DNA of 39,633 nt from Anaerolineae bacterium (GTDB lineage: Bacteria > Chloroflexota > Anaerolineae > Promineifilales > Promineifilaceae), in assembly GCA_025929715.1 (NCBI GenBank), contig JAICPS010000001.1, forward strand, positions 1-39,633. The letters run 5' to 3'. The notes below the pieces were generated by a model, which made no database searches, was not told where the DNA came from, and worked only from the letters and a program-made list of their open reading frames with translations. A program made the position numbers and the translations under genes. This document shows positions 10,619-19,176 of the stretch, piece after piece. How positions within the stretch are numbered: the stretch's first letter is position 1; every line of letters starts with the position of its first letter.

Positions 10619-12013
10619 ATGACGACGCGAACAAAGCGAATCATTATCATAATTGCCCTTGCACAGATTCTCCTGGCCCTCGGTGTTTTTGCGCTCCCGA
10701 AGGTAGTCCAGGCGCTTCCTGGCCGCTATCTTGTGCGGCTGCAAAACCATCCATTAACGAGCGGCATCGTCGAACGCATCTCCACGCCATTTCCAAGCGC
10801 CCTGCCAGTTGCCGATGGCAGCGCGACGCGAGCGTCCGTCGCACTCGACGAATTGCCAGAGATTCCCGGATTGCCAGAAAATCAGCAATTGGCCTCCACG
10901 ACCCCAACTGCACAGCCAAGCCCTACCGAAACACCACAAGTAGCCACCACGCCAACCCAGGAAGTTACCGCGCCGCCACCGACCGAGACGCGCACGGCGA
11001 CGCCATCACCTACGCCAACCCCGCTGCCCGAGCGCGTTTTGCTTGAGGATCTGATCACCGTGGTGCAGGGCTTCAATAATTGTGGTCCGGCCAATTTGAC
11101 CATCGCGCTTAATTATTTTGGCGACGACACCACCCAGGAAGTTGCGGCGGCTTATCTTAAACCGAACGAAGAAGATCGTAACGTCAGTCCCTGGCAGATC
11201 GATGAATATGTGAACCAGTTCACAGCACTTCGTTCTACGGTCCACAGCGGCGGAGACTTGGAGATGCTGAAACAGCTCATCGCCGCAGGCTTTCCTGTGG
11301 TCATTGAAAAAGGCTATGAGCCATCGAATGGGACTGGTTGGTACGGTCATTACCTGACGGTTTATGGTTACGACGAAACCGCCGAAGAATTTTACAGCCG
11401 GGACACAAATCTAGGACCTTTTGACGGCAGCCCGCGCGTTGACAGCTATGATGAGTTCAATCACTGGTGGCAACAGTTCAACTATACGTTTTATGTTGTA
11501 TTTCCAGAGTCTGATGTAACAACCGTGATGGACATAATCCCAGACGTATTGGAGGAAGAGGCAAGCATGTGGCAATACACGGCCGAGCTGGCGCGTGAAG
11601 AGATACGGCAGGATCCTGAGAACGTCTTCACGTACTTCAATCTCGGTGTGAGCCTCACACGTCTCGGCGAACTAAGCGGTGATCCGAGTTACTATAACGA
11701 GGCTGTGCGTGCATTTGACCAGGCGCGGGAGATCAGCCTTCCTCCACGAACCCTATTTTACGAACACCGGCCGCTGATGGCCTATTGGAAGGCCGGGCGA
11801 CTGGATGACGTTATAGGATTGACAGACGCCGTATTAGATGTATCGGGCGGCCGCTGGGTAGAAGAGATATTTTGGTATCGCGGCCACGCGCTGGCCACTC
11901 AAGGTGACCTGCTTGCGGCGCATGATGCATACACTGCGGCTTTAGAAGTAAACAGTAACTTCTATCCGGCGCAACAGTCGCTGGACTGGGTTAATTCGTT
12001 GATTAGCGGTTAA
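10619..12013 (+). CDS. Membrane-anchored C39-like cysteine peptidase domain protein with TPR repeats (paralog of 9191..10555)
   Basis: Same architecture as its neighbour: TM helix (IIIIIALAQILLALGVFAL), PT-rich linker, QGFNNCGPANLTIALNYFG, YGHYLTVYGYDE and a TPR-like tail. Confidence 0.7.
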   Translation: MTTRTKRIIIIIALAQILLALGVFALPKVVQALPGRYLVRLQNHPLTSGIVERISTPFPSALPVADGSATRASVALDELPEIPGLPENQQLASTTPTAQPSPTETPQVATTPTQEVTAPPPTETRTATPSPTPTPLPERVLLEDLITVVQGFNNCGPANLTIALNYFGDDTTQEVAAAYLKPNEEDRNVSPWQIDEYVNQFTALRSTVHSGGDLEMLKQLIAAGFPVVIEKGYEPSNGTGWYGHYLTVYGYDETAEEFYSRDTNLGPFDGSPRVDSYDEFNHWWQQFNYTFYVVFPESDVTTVMDIIPDVLEEEASMWQYTAELAREEIRQDPENVFTYFNLGVSLTRLGELSGDPSYYNEAVRAFDQAREISLPPRTLFYEHRPLMAYWKAGRLDDVIGLTDAVLDVSGGRWVEEIFWYRGHALATQGDLLAAHDAYTAALEVNSNFYPAQQSLDWVNSLISG

Positions 12014-12069
12014 CACCGAGGACAGCCAAAATTCCACGAACGCCGACTTGATAAGCAGGAGGCCCATCT

Positions 12070-13632
12070 ATGACCGAACGAGATTTCAAGGTAACATACG
12101 CCACGCTTTCCAGCCCCAGTCCTAAGCTACACGAGATGTTCGACGATGCCGTCGAAAGGGCCAAGGCTGATTTTGGCAGGACTTTTCCTATGTTCATCAA
12201 TGGCGAGGAGCGCTACGCGGACCAGACGTTTACTAAGGTGAGCCCGGTCAACCTCGACCTGGAAATGGCTCATTTTCAGAAAGGGACCGAACAGGATGCT
12301 CGTGATGCCGTCGCAGCAGCGAAGGCTGCGTTTCCGCGCTGGAGCCGCACACCATGGCAGGAGCGCGTAAGTCTGTTGAGAAAGACAGCCGATTTGATCA
12401 GCGACCGGCTCTTCGAGATTGCCGCCATCATGAGCCTTGAAGTCGGCAAGAATCGCCTGGAATCGCTCGGGGACGTCGAAGAGACGGCAGATCTCATACG
12501 TTACTACTGCGACCAGATGGAAGAGAACAACGGTTTCGTCGTGGAAATGGGAAGTGAAGGCGAACGACAGCACAATCAGAGCGTCCTCCGCCCTTACGGT
12601 GTTTGGGCAGTCATTTCGCCTTTCAACTTCCCCTTTGCTCTCGCCGGAGGTCCGAGCGGCGGCGCTCTGGTAGCCGGAAACACGGTTGTGTTCAAACCGG
12701 CGTCTGACACAGCATACAGTGGTTGGCTGCTGACTGAATGCTTGCGCGATGCCGGTTTGCCCGACGGGGTCTTTAATTTTGTGACCGGCGGCGGCCGCAC
12801 TGTTGGCGCGACCATTGCCGAGCATCCTGATATTGCCGGTATTACATTCACCGGGAGCTACGAAGTCGGCATGGACATCTATCGAAAGTTCGCGCAGGGA
12901 AAATACCCGCGCCCTTGTATCGCGGAGATGGGCGGTAAGAATCCATCGATAATTAGCAAAAAAGCCGACCTCGATAAGGCCGCAATGGGTGTGATGCGCT
13001 CGGCGTTTGGCCTTCAGGGCCAGAAATGCTCGGCAAATTCGCGCGTATTCGTCCATGACGATGTGAAGGAGCCCTTTATGGAGAAGCTGGTTTCGCTGAC
13101 CAGTGAAATTCAGGTGGGTGACCCTTCGCGCCGCGAATACTGGATGGGACCTGTCATCAACAAAAGCGCGTATGACGACTTCAAGCGTTTTGTGAAAGAA
13201 CTTGCCGAGAGCGGGCGGCTCGTCTATGGCGGTAACGTAGTTGAAGAAGGCAATGGTTACTATGTGGAACCAACCATTGTCGACGAACTCCCGGAAGACC
13301 ATCCTCTGTGGAAGCAGGAAATGTTCCTGCCCATCGTCACCGTCGCAGAATTTGAGAACCTGGACGAGGCGATGGAAAGAGCCAACGACGTTGATTATGG
13401 CCTGACTGCGGGATTCTTCAGTGAGGATGAAGAAGAAATACAATGGTTCCTCGACAACATTGAAGCAGGCGTCGTTTACGTTAATCGCCCTGCCGGCGCC
13501 ACGACCGGCGCCTGGCCAGGTTACCAGCCTTTTGGTGGCTGGAAAGGGAGCGGATCGACTGGCAAGGCCGGTGGCGGCCGCTATTACGTCCAGCAGTACA
13601 TGCATGAACAGAGCCAGACGGTAATCGACTGA
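12070..13632 (+). CDS. NAD(P)-dependent aldehyde dehydrogenase, 1-pyrroline-5-carboxylate / glutamate-semialdehyde dehydrogenase-like
   Basis: Motifs: SPFNFP, GNTVVFKPAS, FTGS.EVG, general base in EMGGKN, catalytic Cys in QGQKCSA, and a YQPFGGWKGSG tail typical of the roughly 515-aa P5CDH-type ALDHs. AGGAGG sits 6 nt upstream of the ATG. Confidence 0.85.
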   Translation: MTERDFKVTYATLSSPSPKLHEMFDDAVERAKADFGRTFPMFINGEERYADQTFTKVSPVNLDLEMAHFQKGTEQDARDAVAAAKAAFPRWSRTPWQERVSLLRKTADLISDRLFEIAAIMSLEVGKNRLESLGDVEETADLIRYYCDQMEENNGFVVEMGSEGERQHNQSVLRPYGVWAVISPFNFPFALAGGPSGGALVAGNTVVFKPASDTAYSGWLLTECLRDAGLPDGVFNFVTGGGRTVGATIAEHPDIAGITFTGSYEVGMDIYRKFAQGKYPRPCIAEMGGKNPSIISKKADLDKAAMGVMRSAFGLQGQKCSANSRVFVHDDVKEPFMEKLVSLTSEIQVGDPSRREYWMGPVINKSAYDDFKRFVKELAESGRLVYGGNVVEEGNGYYVEPTIVDELPEDHPLWKQEMFLPIVTVAEFENLDEAMERANDVDYGLTAGFFSEDEEEIQWFLDNIEAGVVYVNRPAGATTGAWPGYQPFGGWKGSGSTGKAGGGRYYVQQYMHEQSQTVID

Positions 13633-13649
13633 ACACAAAAGTAAGCACG

Positions 13650-14570
13650 ATGAGCGAGGCGGTGGCTCGCTTTGTTTCCGATGGCAATACAGTGGCCATC
13701 GAGGGTTTTACTGCGTCCATCTGTTTTGCTGCAGCACATGAAATTATCAGGCAGCGGCGCCAGAGGCTGACGTTGTGCCGATTGACGCCTGATCTGGTCT
13801 ACGATCAAATGATTGCAGCCGGGGTCGCCGATGGAATGATCTTTAGCTATCTGGGCAACCCGGGAGTCGGCAGCCTTCACTGCGTGAGACGCGCCATTGA
13901 ACAGGGTGTCCCCACGCCACTTGCTCTCGAAGAGTACTCCCACTTCGGGATGGTCGGGCGCTACATTGCTGGTGCGAGCAAACTGCCGTTCTTTCCATTA
14001 CGGAGCTATTTTGGGAGCGATATCCCCTCGGTCAATCCGCGAATCGCCTTCGTGGATAGCCCGTATGGCGAGGAGCAGATTGCCGTCGTCCCCCCTCTGA
14101 ATCCTGACGTCGCTTTTATCCACGCCCAACGCGCCGATCGGCACGGAAATACCCAGCTCTGGGGCCTTCTTGGTGTACAAAAGGAAGTTTCCTTTGCCTC
14201 AAAAAACGTCGTGATCGTCGTGGAGGAGATCGTCGATGAGGAGACCATTCGTGCTGATCCCAATCGAACGCTCATTCCCGGTCTAATCGTCGATGCCGTC
14301 GTAGAGGAACCTTTCGGCGCTCATCCGAGCTATGTGCAGGGATACTATGATCGTGATGGCGATTTTTATCTGCGGTGGGACGAAATTTCCCGCGATAGGG
14401 AAAGGACCGATGCCTGGCTCGAGGATTGGGTATATGGTGTTCCTGACCGCTCTGCATACATAATTAAGCTTGGTCAGGAAAAGTTAGATAAGCTGGCGCC
14501 AGGCGAGAAGCTCGCACCGCCGGTCAATTATGGTCGCTATGACCAGGCTCAGGACTATGGATCCGTTTGA
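13650..14570 (+). CDS. CoA-transferase, subunit A (glutaconate/3-oxoacid CoA-transferase family)
   Basis: N-terminus MSEAVARFVSDGNTVAIEGFT; internal DVAFIHAQRADRHGNTQ. Its size (306 aa) is typical of GctA-like alpha subunits. Confidence 0.8.
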   Translation: MSEAVARFVSDGNTVAIEGFTASICFAAAHEIIRQRRQRLTLCRLTPDLVYDQMIAAGVADGMIFSYLGNPGVGSLHCVRRAIEQGVPTPLALEEYSHFGMVGRYIAGASKLPFFPLRSYFGSDIPSVNPRIAFVDSPYGEEQIAVVPPLNPDVAFIHAQRADRHGNTQLWGLLGVQKEVSFASKNVVIVVEEIVDEETIRADPNRTLIPGLIVDAVVEEPFGAHPSYVQGYYDRDGDFYLRWDEISRDRERTDAWLEDWVYGVPDRSAYIIKLGQEKLDKLAPGEKLAPPVNYGRYDQAQDYGSV

Positions 14571-15780
14571 CCAAGCGCTGATCCGGCTAGCGCTGGAAGT
14601 TGACAGGCTCATGCCGGGCTACGTAGACGCATATATTGGTCCGCCTGAGCTACGCGCCGAGGTACAAGCGGGACCGAGGAAGGAAACCGGCGCCCTGCTT
14701 GAAGCGCTCGAGCGCTTGCGCGGCAATATTCCGGTCACGACGCACCAGCGCCGAGCCTACCTTACAGCACTACTTAGAGGAATTGACTGTACGCTTCGCA
14801 AGCTCAACGGTGAGCAGTTCGACTACCTGACAGAAGTCGAGTTACTCTACGACATCGAAGCACAGTACATCGACGAAGCGTTGTTCGAGGATGCACTGCG
14901 CATGCTGGATAACGCACTTCCGGGTACTGGCAAGCTTATCGACCGTTTCAACGAACGTAGAAAACGTTACGAACTGAATATCGCTCAGGTCTTACCGCTG
15001 CTGGATATTGCCCGTAAAGAAACGAGGCAACGCACGGAGCAGATAATCGAGCTTGTCGATGGCGAAGATCTTCAAATCCGGTTAACGAACAATCAGCCCT
15101 GGGGCGCTTACAACTGGTACAAGGGAAACGGCCAATCCCTTATAGAATTCAATACTGACATCCCTGTTTTTGCACTCTCCCTCATCTCAACTTTCGCACA
15201 CGAGGGCTATCCGGGACACCATACTGAACATATGCTGAAGGAAGAACTTTTGCTGAGGCGGCTGGGGTATGGCGAGGAGGCGTTGTTTCTCCTTCATTCG
15301 CCGGCAGCTGTAATCGCCGAAGGTATCGCAACCTCGGCCGTCGAGATTATCTTTCCTAAATCAAATGGTTGTGGAGACTATCACGAGTGGAACGAGCAGG
15401 TACTTTTTCCGGCGGCAGGAATTTCAGGAGAGCCGGCGGAACTGATGCGCCAGGTAGCCGACGCGGTGCATGAACTTCGCTATGTCACTGCCAATGCCGC
15501 TATCCTCTTCAATACGTCACAGTTGGACGAAGAACAGACGATAGACTACATCGTCACTTACGCGCTTTCTACGCCCGAGCGCGCCAGAAAATCGTTTGAA
15601 TTCCTCAGCAATCCACTGTTCCGGTCCTATTCGTTTACCTATACACAGGGTTTCGATCTCGTCAAGCGGACCGCTGAGAATGACAGGCTTCACCTGTTCA
15701 AAAGATTACTCACCGAACAAATATTACCCTCGCAGTTAGCCAACGGAACGTGGAAGGACCTGCCGGGAAGCGCGGCGTAA
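14557..15780 (+). CDS. DUF885-like putative metallopeptidase-fold protein
   Basis: Contains FAHEGYPGHHTEH, which matches the HE..PGHH signature I associate with DUF885. The start is uncertain, with in-frame ATGs at 14530, 14539 and 14557. It sits between the A and B subunit genes of the CoA-transferase. Confidence 0.55.
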   Translation: MDPFDQALIRLALEVDRLMPGYVDAYIGPPELRAEVQAGPRKETGALLEALERLRGNIPVTTHQRRAYLTALLRGIDCTLRKLNGEQFDYLTEVELLYDIEAQYIDEALFEDALRMLDNALPGTGKLIDRFNERRKRYELNIAQVLPLLDIARKETRQRTEQIIELVDGEDLQIRLTNNQPWGAYNWYKGNGQSLIEFNTDIPVFALSLISTFAHEGYPGHHTEHMLKEELLLRRLGYGEEALFLLHSPAAVIAEGIATSAVEIIFPKSNGCGDYHEWNEQVLFPAAGISGEPAELMRQVADAVHELRYVTANAAILFNTSQLDEEQTIDYIVTYALSTPERARKSFEFLSNPLFRSYSFTYTQGFDLVKRTAENDRLHLFKRLLTEQILPSQLANGTWKDLPGSAA

Positions 15781-15803
15781 GCCTACTGTCCTGGAGCGAG
15801 TAC

Positions 15804-16562
15804 ATGGATTATTCACCGTCAGAACTGATGATTGTTAGCGCTGCGAGAGCACTCAAGGGCAGTCACGTTGTTTTTGTCGGCGTTGGCTTGCCCAATATCG
15901 CCTGCAACCTGGCGCGCCATAGCCATTCCCCGGATCTGGAGCTCGTCTACGAAAGTGGCGTATTCGGCGCTCGCCCTGCCCGCCTGCCTCTTTCCATTGG
16001 CGATCCAACACTCGTCAGTGGCGCCACTTCTGCCTGCAGCATGGCCGATCTGTTCATGTGCTCTCTTCAAGGTGGTTTGGTAGACGTGGCCCTGCTCGGC
16101 GGTGCGCAGATTGATCGATATGGCAACCTCAATACGACCGTCATCGGTGACTACGCGAAACCAAAGGTGCGTTTGCCCGGTTCTGGCGGCGCGTGTGAGA
16201 TTGCAATCAATGCGAAGTCAACATTCATGATCATGCGTCTGCAAAGACGTGCCTTTGTGGAACGGTTAGATTTCGTTACTAGCCCTGGCCATCTACACGG
16301 TGGCAAGACGCGCGATCCGCACACCTTCCCCGGCAAGGGACCACGCCTCGTAATTACTGACCGGGCGCTGTTCGATTTTGACAACGAATCGCGCGAGATG
16401 ACATTGACTGCGGTCGCTCCGGGCCAATCGGTCGACCAAATAAAGGATGATATCGCCTGGGATCTACGGGTCTCAGTTTCGCTACACGAAATCTCGCCAC
16501 CAAGCGATGAAGAGCTACACCTCATTCGCGTCGAACTCGACCCTAAAGGCCTGTATCGCTGA
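15804..16562 (+). CDS. CoA-transferase, subunit B
   Basis: MDYSPSELMIVSAARAL...VGVGLPN...LVYESGVFG (candidate catalytic Glu in the ESG context)...GGAQIDRYGNLN...GSGGA. I trimmed the track ORF (15750) to ATG 15804, which has GGAG 7 nt upstream. Confidence 0.8.
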   Translation: MDYSPSELMIVSAARALKGSHVVFVGVGLPNIACNLARHSHSPDLELVYESGVFGARPARLPLSIGDPTLVSGATSACSMADLFMCSLQGGLVDVALLGGAQIDRYGNLNTTVIGDYAKPKVRLPGSGGACEIAINAKSTFMIMRLQRRAFVERLDFVTSPGHLHGGKTRDPHTFPGKGPRLVITDRALFDFDNESREMTLTAVAPGQSVDQIKDDIAWDLRVSVSLHEISPPSDEELHLIRVELDPKGLYR

Positions 16563-16594
16563 TTTTTTCCACGACCGCGAATGCAACTTTTCCA

Positions 16595-17920
16595 ATGAAA
16601 CACGCGCATCCCTTCGGTTCCGTATTTTATCGCAAGCTAGACCACAACCGCCCGGTGGTCAGCCACGGTCAGGGCATCTACCTTTACGATGAGACTGGCA
16701 AACGTTATCTCGATGGCTCTGGCGGTCCTCTTGTGGTTAACGTCGGCCATGGACGTTCGGAAATCGTGCAGGCGATGGCCAATCAGGCGATGGCCGTCGC
16801 TTACGCACATGCCATCATGTTCACCAGTGAAGTATTGGAAACGTATTCACAAGAATTGGCCGCGGTCACGCCCATAGAAGACGCACGAATTTTCTTGCTG
16901 AGTAGCGGTTCTGAAGTCGTAGAGGGTGCGCTGAAGCTTGCCAGGCAGATACAAATGGCGCGGGGAGAGAGCGAGCGTCATCTAATCATCTCGCGCTCGA
17001 TGAGCTATCATGGCATGACTCTGGGAGCGCTTAGCGTCAGTGGGCGGCCAGGGCTCCGACGTCCTTATCTGCCTATGCTGCGCGATATGCCTCACATCCA
17101 GCACCCCTACCCTTATCGGAATGATCTCAGCGGGTGTGAGTTGGCCGGGCGGCTGGAGGAAGCTATTTTGGTACATGGTGCCAGCGACGTCGCTGCCTTC
17201 ATTGCCGAACCTATTAGTGGCGCTAGCCTGGGCGCGGTGGCGCCGCCGGACGATTATTGGCCCGCGATCCGCCAGATTTGTGATAGATACGGCGTTCTGC
17301 TCATCGTCGACGAGGTGCTGTGTGGGATGGGCCGCACGGGAAGATGGTGGGGCATTCAACATTGGAACGTGGCGCCCGATATCCTGGTGACATCCAAAGG
17401 TATTGCCGGCGGTTACTTTCCGCTGGCCGCGATCGCCGCGCGCCGGAGCGATATTGACGCGATTGCCGATTCGCTCGGCGACTACAATCACGGCGGTACC
17501 TTCAGTCATCACGCGGTTGGCGCTGCCGCAGGTCGGGCCACGTTGCAAATCATGCATCAGGAAAATCTGGTGCAACATGCAGCGCTCATGGGCGAAGCGC
17601 TCGGTCAGAGGTTACACGCCCGGCTTGGTAATCATCCGTCGGTCGGCGATATTCGTGGGCGCGGCCTCTTCTGGGCGCTGGAATTCGTCCAGAATCGTGA
17701 AACGAAGCTGCCCTTCCCTGCCCGCCAGAAAGTCGCGTGGCGCATATGGGAGAGCGCGTTCCAACTTGGTCTGGTTGTCTATTATTCACAGGGGTGCGTC
17801 GATGGACAAGATGGCGATCTGATTATGATCGGGCCACCTTTAATCATCAGCGAGGAACAGATCAACGAACTGGTTGATCTGCTGGCGATGGCCGTCGAAG
17901 ATACGCTTGCCAATCTATAA
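16595..17920 (+). CDS. Class III (omega-) aminotransferase, PLP-dependent
   Basis: Motifs: GQGIYLYDETGKRYLDGSGG, SGSEVVEGALKLAR, AAFIAEPI.GA, LIVDEVLCGMGRTGRWW and TSKGIAGGY (PLP lysine). Confidence 0.85.
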   Translation: MKHAHPFGSVFYRKLDHNRPVVSHGQGIYLYDETGKRYLDGSGGPLVVNVGHGRSEIVQAMANQAMAVAYAHAIMFTSEVLETYSQELAAVTPIEDARIFLLSSGSEVVEGALKLARQIQMARGESERHLIISRSMSYHGMTLGALSVSGRPGLRRPYLPMLRDMPHIQHPYPYRNDLSGCELAGRLEEAILVHGASDVAAFIAEPISGASLGAVAPPDDYWPAIRQICDRYGVLLIVDEVLCGMGRTGRWWGIQHWNVAPDILVTSKGIAGGYFPLAAIAARRSDIDAIADSLGDYNHGGTFSHHAVGAAAGRATLQIMHQENLVQHAALMGEALGQRLHARLGNHPSVGDIRGRGLFWALEFVQNRETKLPFPARQKVAWRIWESAFQLGLVVYYSQGCVDGQDGDLIMIGPPLIISEEQINELVDLLAMAVEDTLANL

Positions 17921-17949
17921 AATTAAAGGCAGTTAACACATGCTGGCGG

Positions 17950-19164
17950 TCATGGCTGCTCGGCAACAACCAGGATTAAGTCCAACGGCTGACCATCACG
18001 GACCACGTGCAAGGTTACCTCATCGCCAACCCTCGTCGCCAGTTCCAGGTACTCCGACAGATCCTCCCAGGCGTCAATCTCGCGGTCGTCGATGCCGGCG
18101 ACGATGTCGCCACCCACTAACAACTGCTGGTTACCGACGATGACTTCGCGTTGGGCTCCGCGCAGGCCGGCATCGGCGGCCGGTCCACCCCGAAAGAGTT
18201 GAGCCACTAGAATACCCCGGTCGACTGGCAGTTCCAGCGCCTGAGCCAGTCCCGGGGTGATATCGTAACCGAGAAAGCCCAGCCAGGGATGAGGATAGTA
18301 GCCCTGCTCTATCAGCGCCGGAACGATTCGCTTCACAGTGTCTACCGGCACGGCAAACCCAATGCCCTCGGCATCCTGCCGAATGGCGGTATTGACTCCG
18401 ATAACACGCCCACGCGAATCCAGCAGCGGTCCACCCGAGTTGCCAGGATTAATTGCGGCGTCGGTTTGAACCACGTTAAAGATCACATTGTCGTCTGACG
18501 TCTGCAGCGGCCGGCCCAGGGCGCTGATTACGCCTGTAGTCAGCGTGCGATCTAACCCGAATGGATTACCTATCGCTATCGCTCGCTCTCCAACCCGTAA
18601 ATCAGTGGAATCGCCCAGTTCTACCGGCGTCAGTTGTTCCGGGGGCACGTCGATGCGCAACAGGGCTAGATCGTTGGGAGGATCAACTCCGACAATAGTG
18701 GCCTGTACTGTTGCTTCATTGGAGAGCGTGACGGCGATGCTGTCAGCGCCTTCGATAACATGGAAATTGGTAACGACGTGTCCCTGGCTATCCAGGATAA
18801 AGCCGGATCCGGTGCCTTCGCTGGGCACTGCGCCGAAGAAAAAGTTCATCGAGGTGACGCGGCTCGTAATATGCACGACTGCCGGGCTTACGCGTTCATA
18901 GAGATTCGTGATAAGGTCTTCTTCTACATCGACGGGAACCATGAATTCATCTGGCAAACGGGTAGGTGTTGGTTGCGTCGTAGTTCCTTCGTCTGCAGGA
19001 GTTGAACTCTCTTCAAGGGTGATTTCGGGCGACGTCGTGGCCCCAGCCGTTTGCACAGCTTCCGGCGCGGGAGCCGTTGGCTGCTCTCCCAACACGCCGC
19101 ACGCCAGCGAAGAGACAACTACGACGACAACGTAGAACCACAGATACTTTGCGCTTACATTCAT
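17950..19164 (-). CDS. htrA: HtrA/DegP-family serine protease with PDZ domain, membrane anchored
   Basis: N-terminal TM helix (YLWFYVVVVVVSSL) and PT-rich linker. Catalytic triad contexts VVTNFHVI, NDLALLRI and GNSGGPLL. C-terminal PDZ-like segment (GILVAQLFRGGPAADAGLR...GDIVAGID). Confidence 0.9.
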   Translation of the reverse strand: MNVSAKYLWFYVVVVVVSSLACGVLGEQPTAPAPEAVQTAGATTSPEITLEESSTPADEGTTTQPTPTRLPDEFMVPVDVEEDLITNLYERVSPAVVHITSRVTSMNFFFGAVPSEGTGSGFILDSQGHVVTNFHVIEGADSIAVTLSNEATVQATIVGVDPPNDLALLRIDVPPEQLTPVELGDSTDLRVGERAIAIGNPFGLDRTLTTGVISALGRPLQTSDDNVIFNVVQTDAAINPGNSGGPLLDSRGRVIGVNTAIRQDAEGIGFAVPVDTVKRIVPALIEQGYYPHPWLGFLGYDITPGLAQALELPVDRGILVAQLFRGGPAADAGLRGAQREVIVGNQQLLVGGDIVAGIDDREIDAWEDLSEYLELATRVGDEVTLHVVRDGQPLDLILVVAEQP

Positions 19165-19176
19165 GGGAGATTCAGA

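Noticed and set aside
10552-11046. 164-aa plus-strand ORF in another frame over the start of the second C39-like gene
   Set aside because: It is an Arg/Ala/Pro-rich out-of-frame reading of the PT-linker region. The 10619 frame gives the TM-linker-C39-TPR architecture shared with the upstream paralog.
9191-12013. C39 domains as bacteriocin-processing ABC exporters
   Set aside because: There is no ABC ATPase or transporter TM domain, no double-glycine precursor peptide ORFs, and no immunity genes. These are stand-alone C39-like domains fused to TPR repeats.
12127-13638. 503-aa stop-free ORF on the minus strand, nearly coextensive with the aldehyde dehydrogenase gene
   Set aside because: The plus-strand product carries end-to-end ALDH motifs (EMGGKN, QGQKCSA, QPFGGWK). 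The antisense translation has no recognisable motif and a skewed Arg/Ala/Val-rich composition. It is a mirror-frame artefact of a codon-biased, moderately GC-rich gene.
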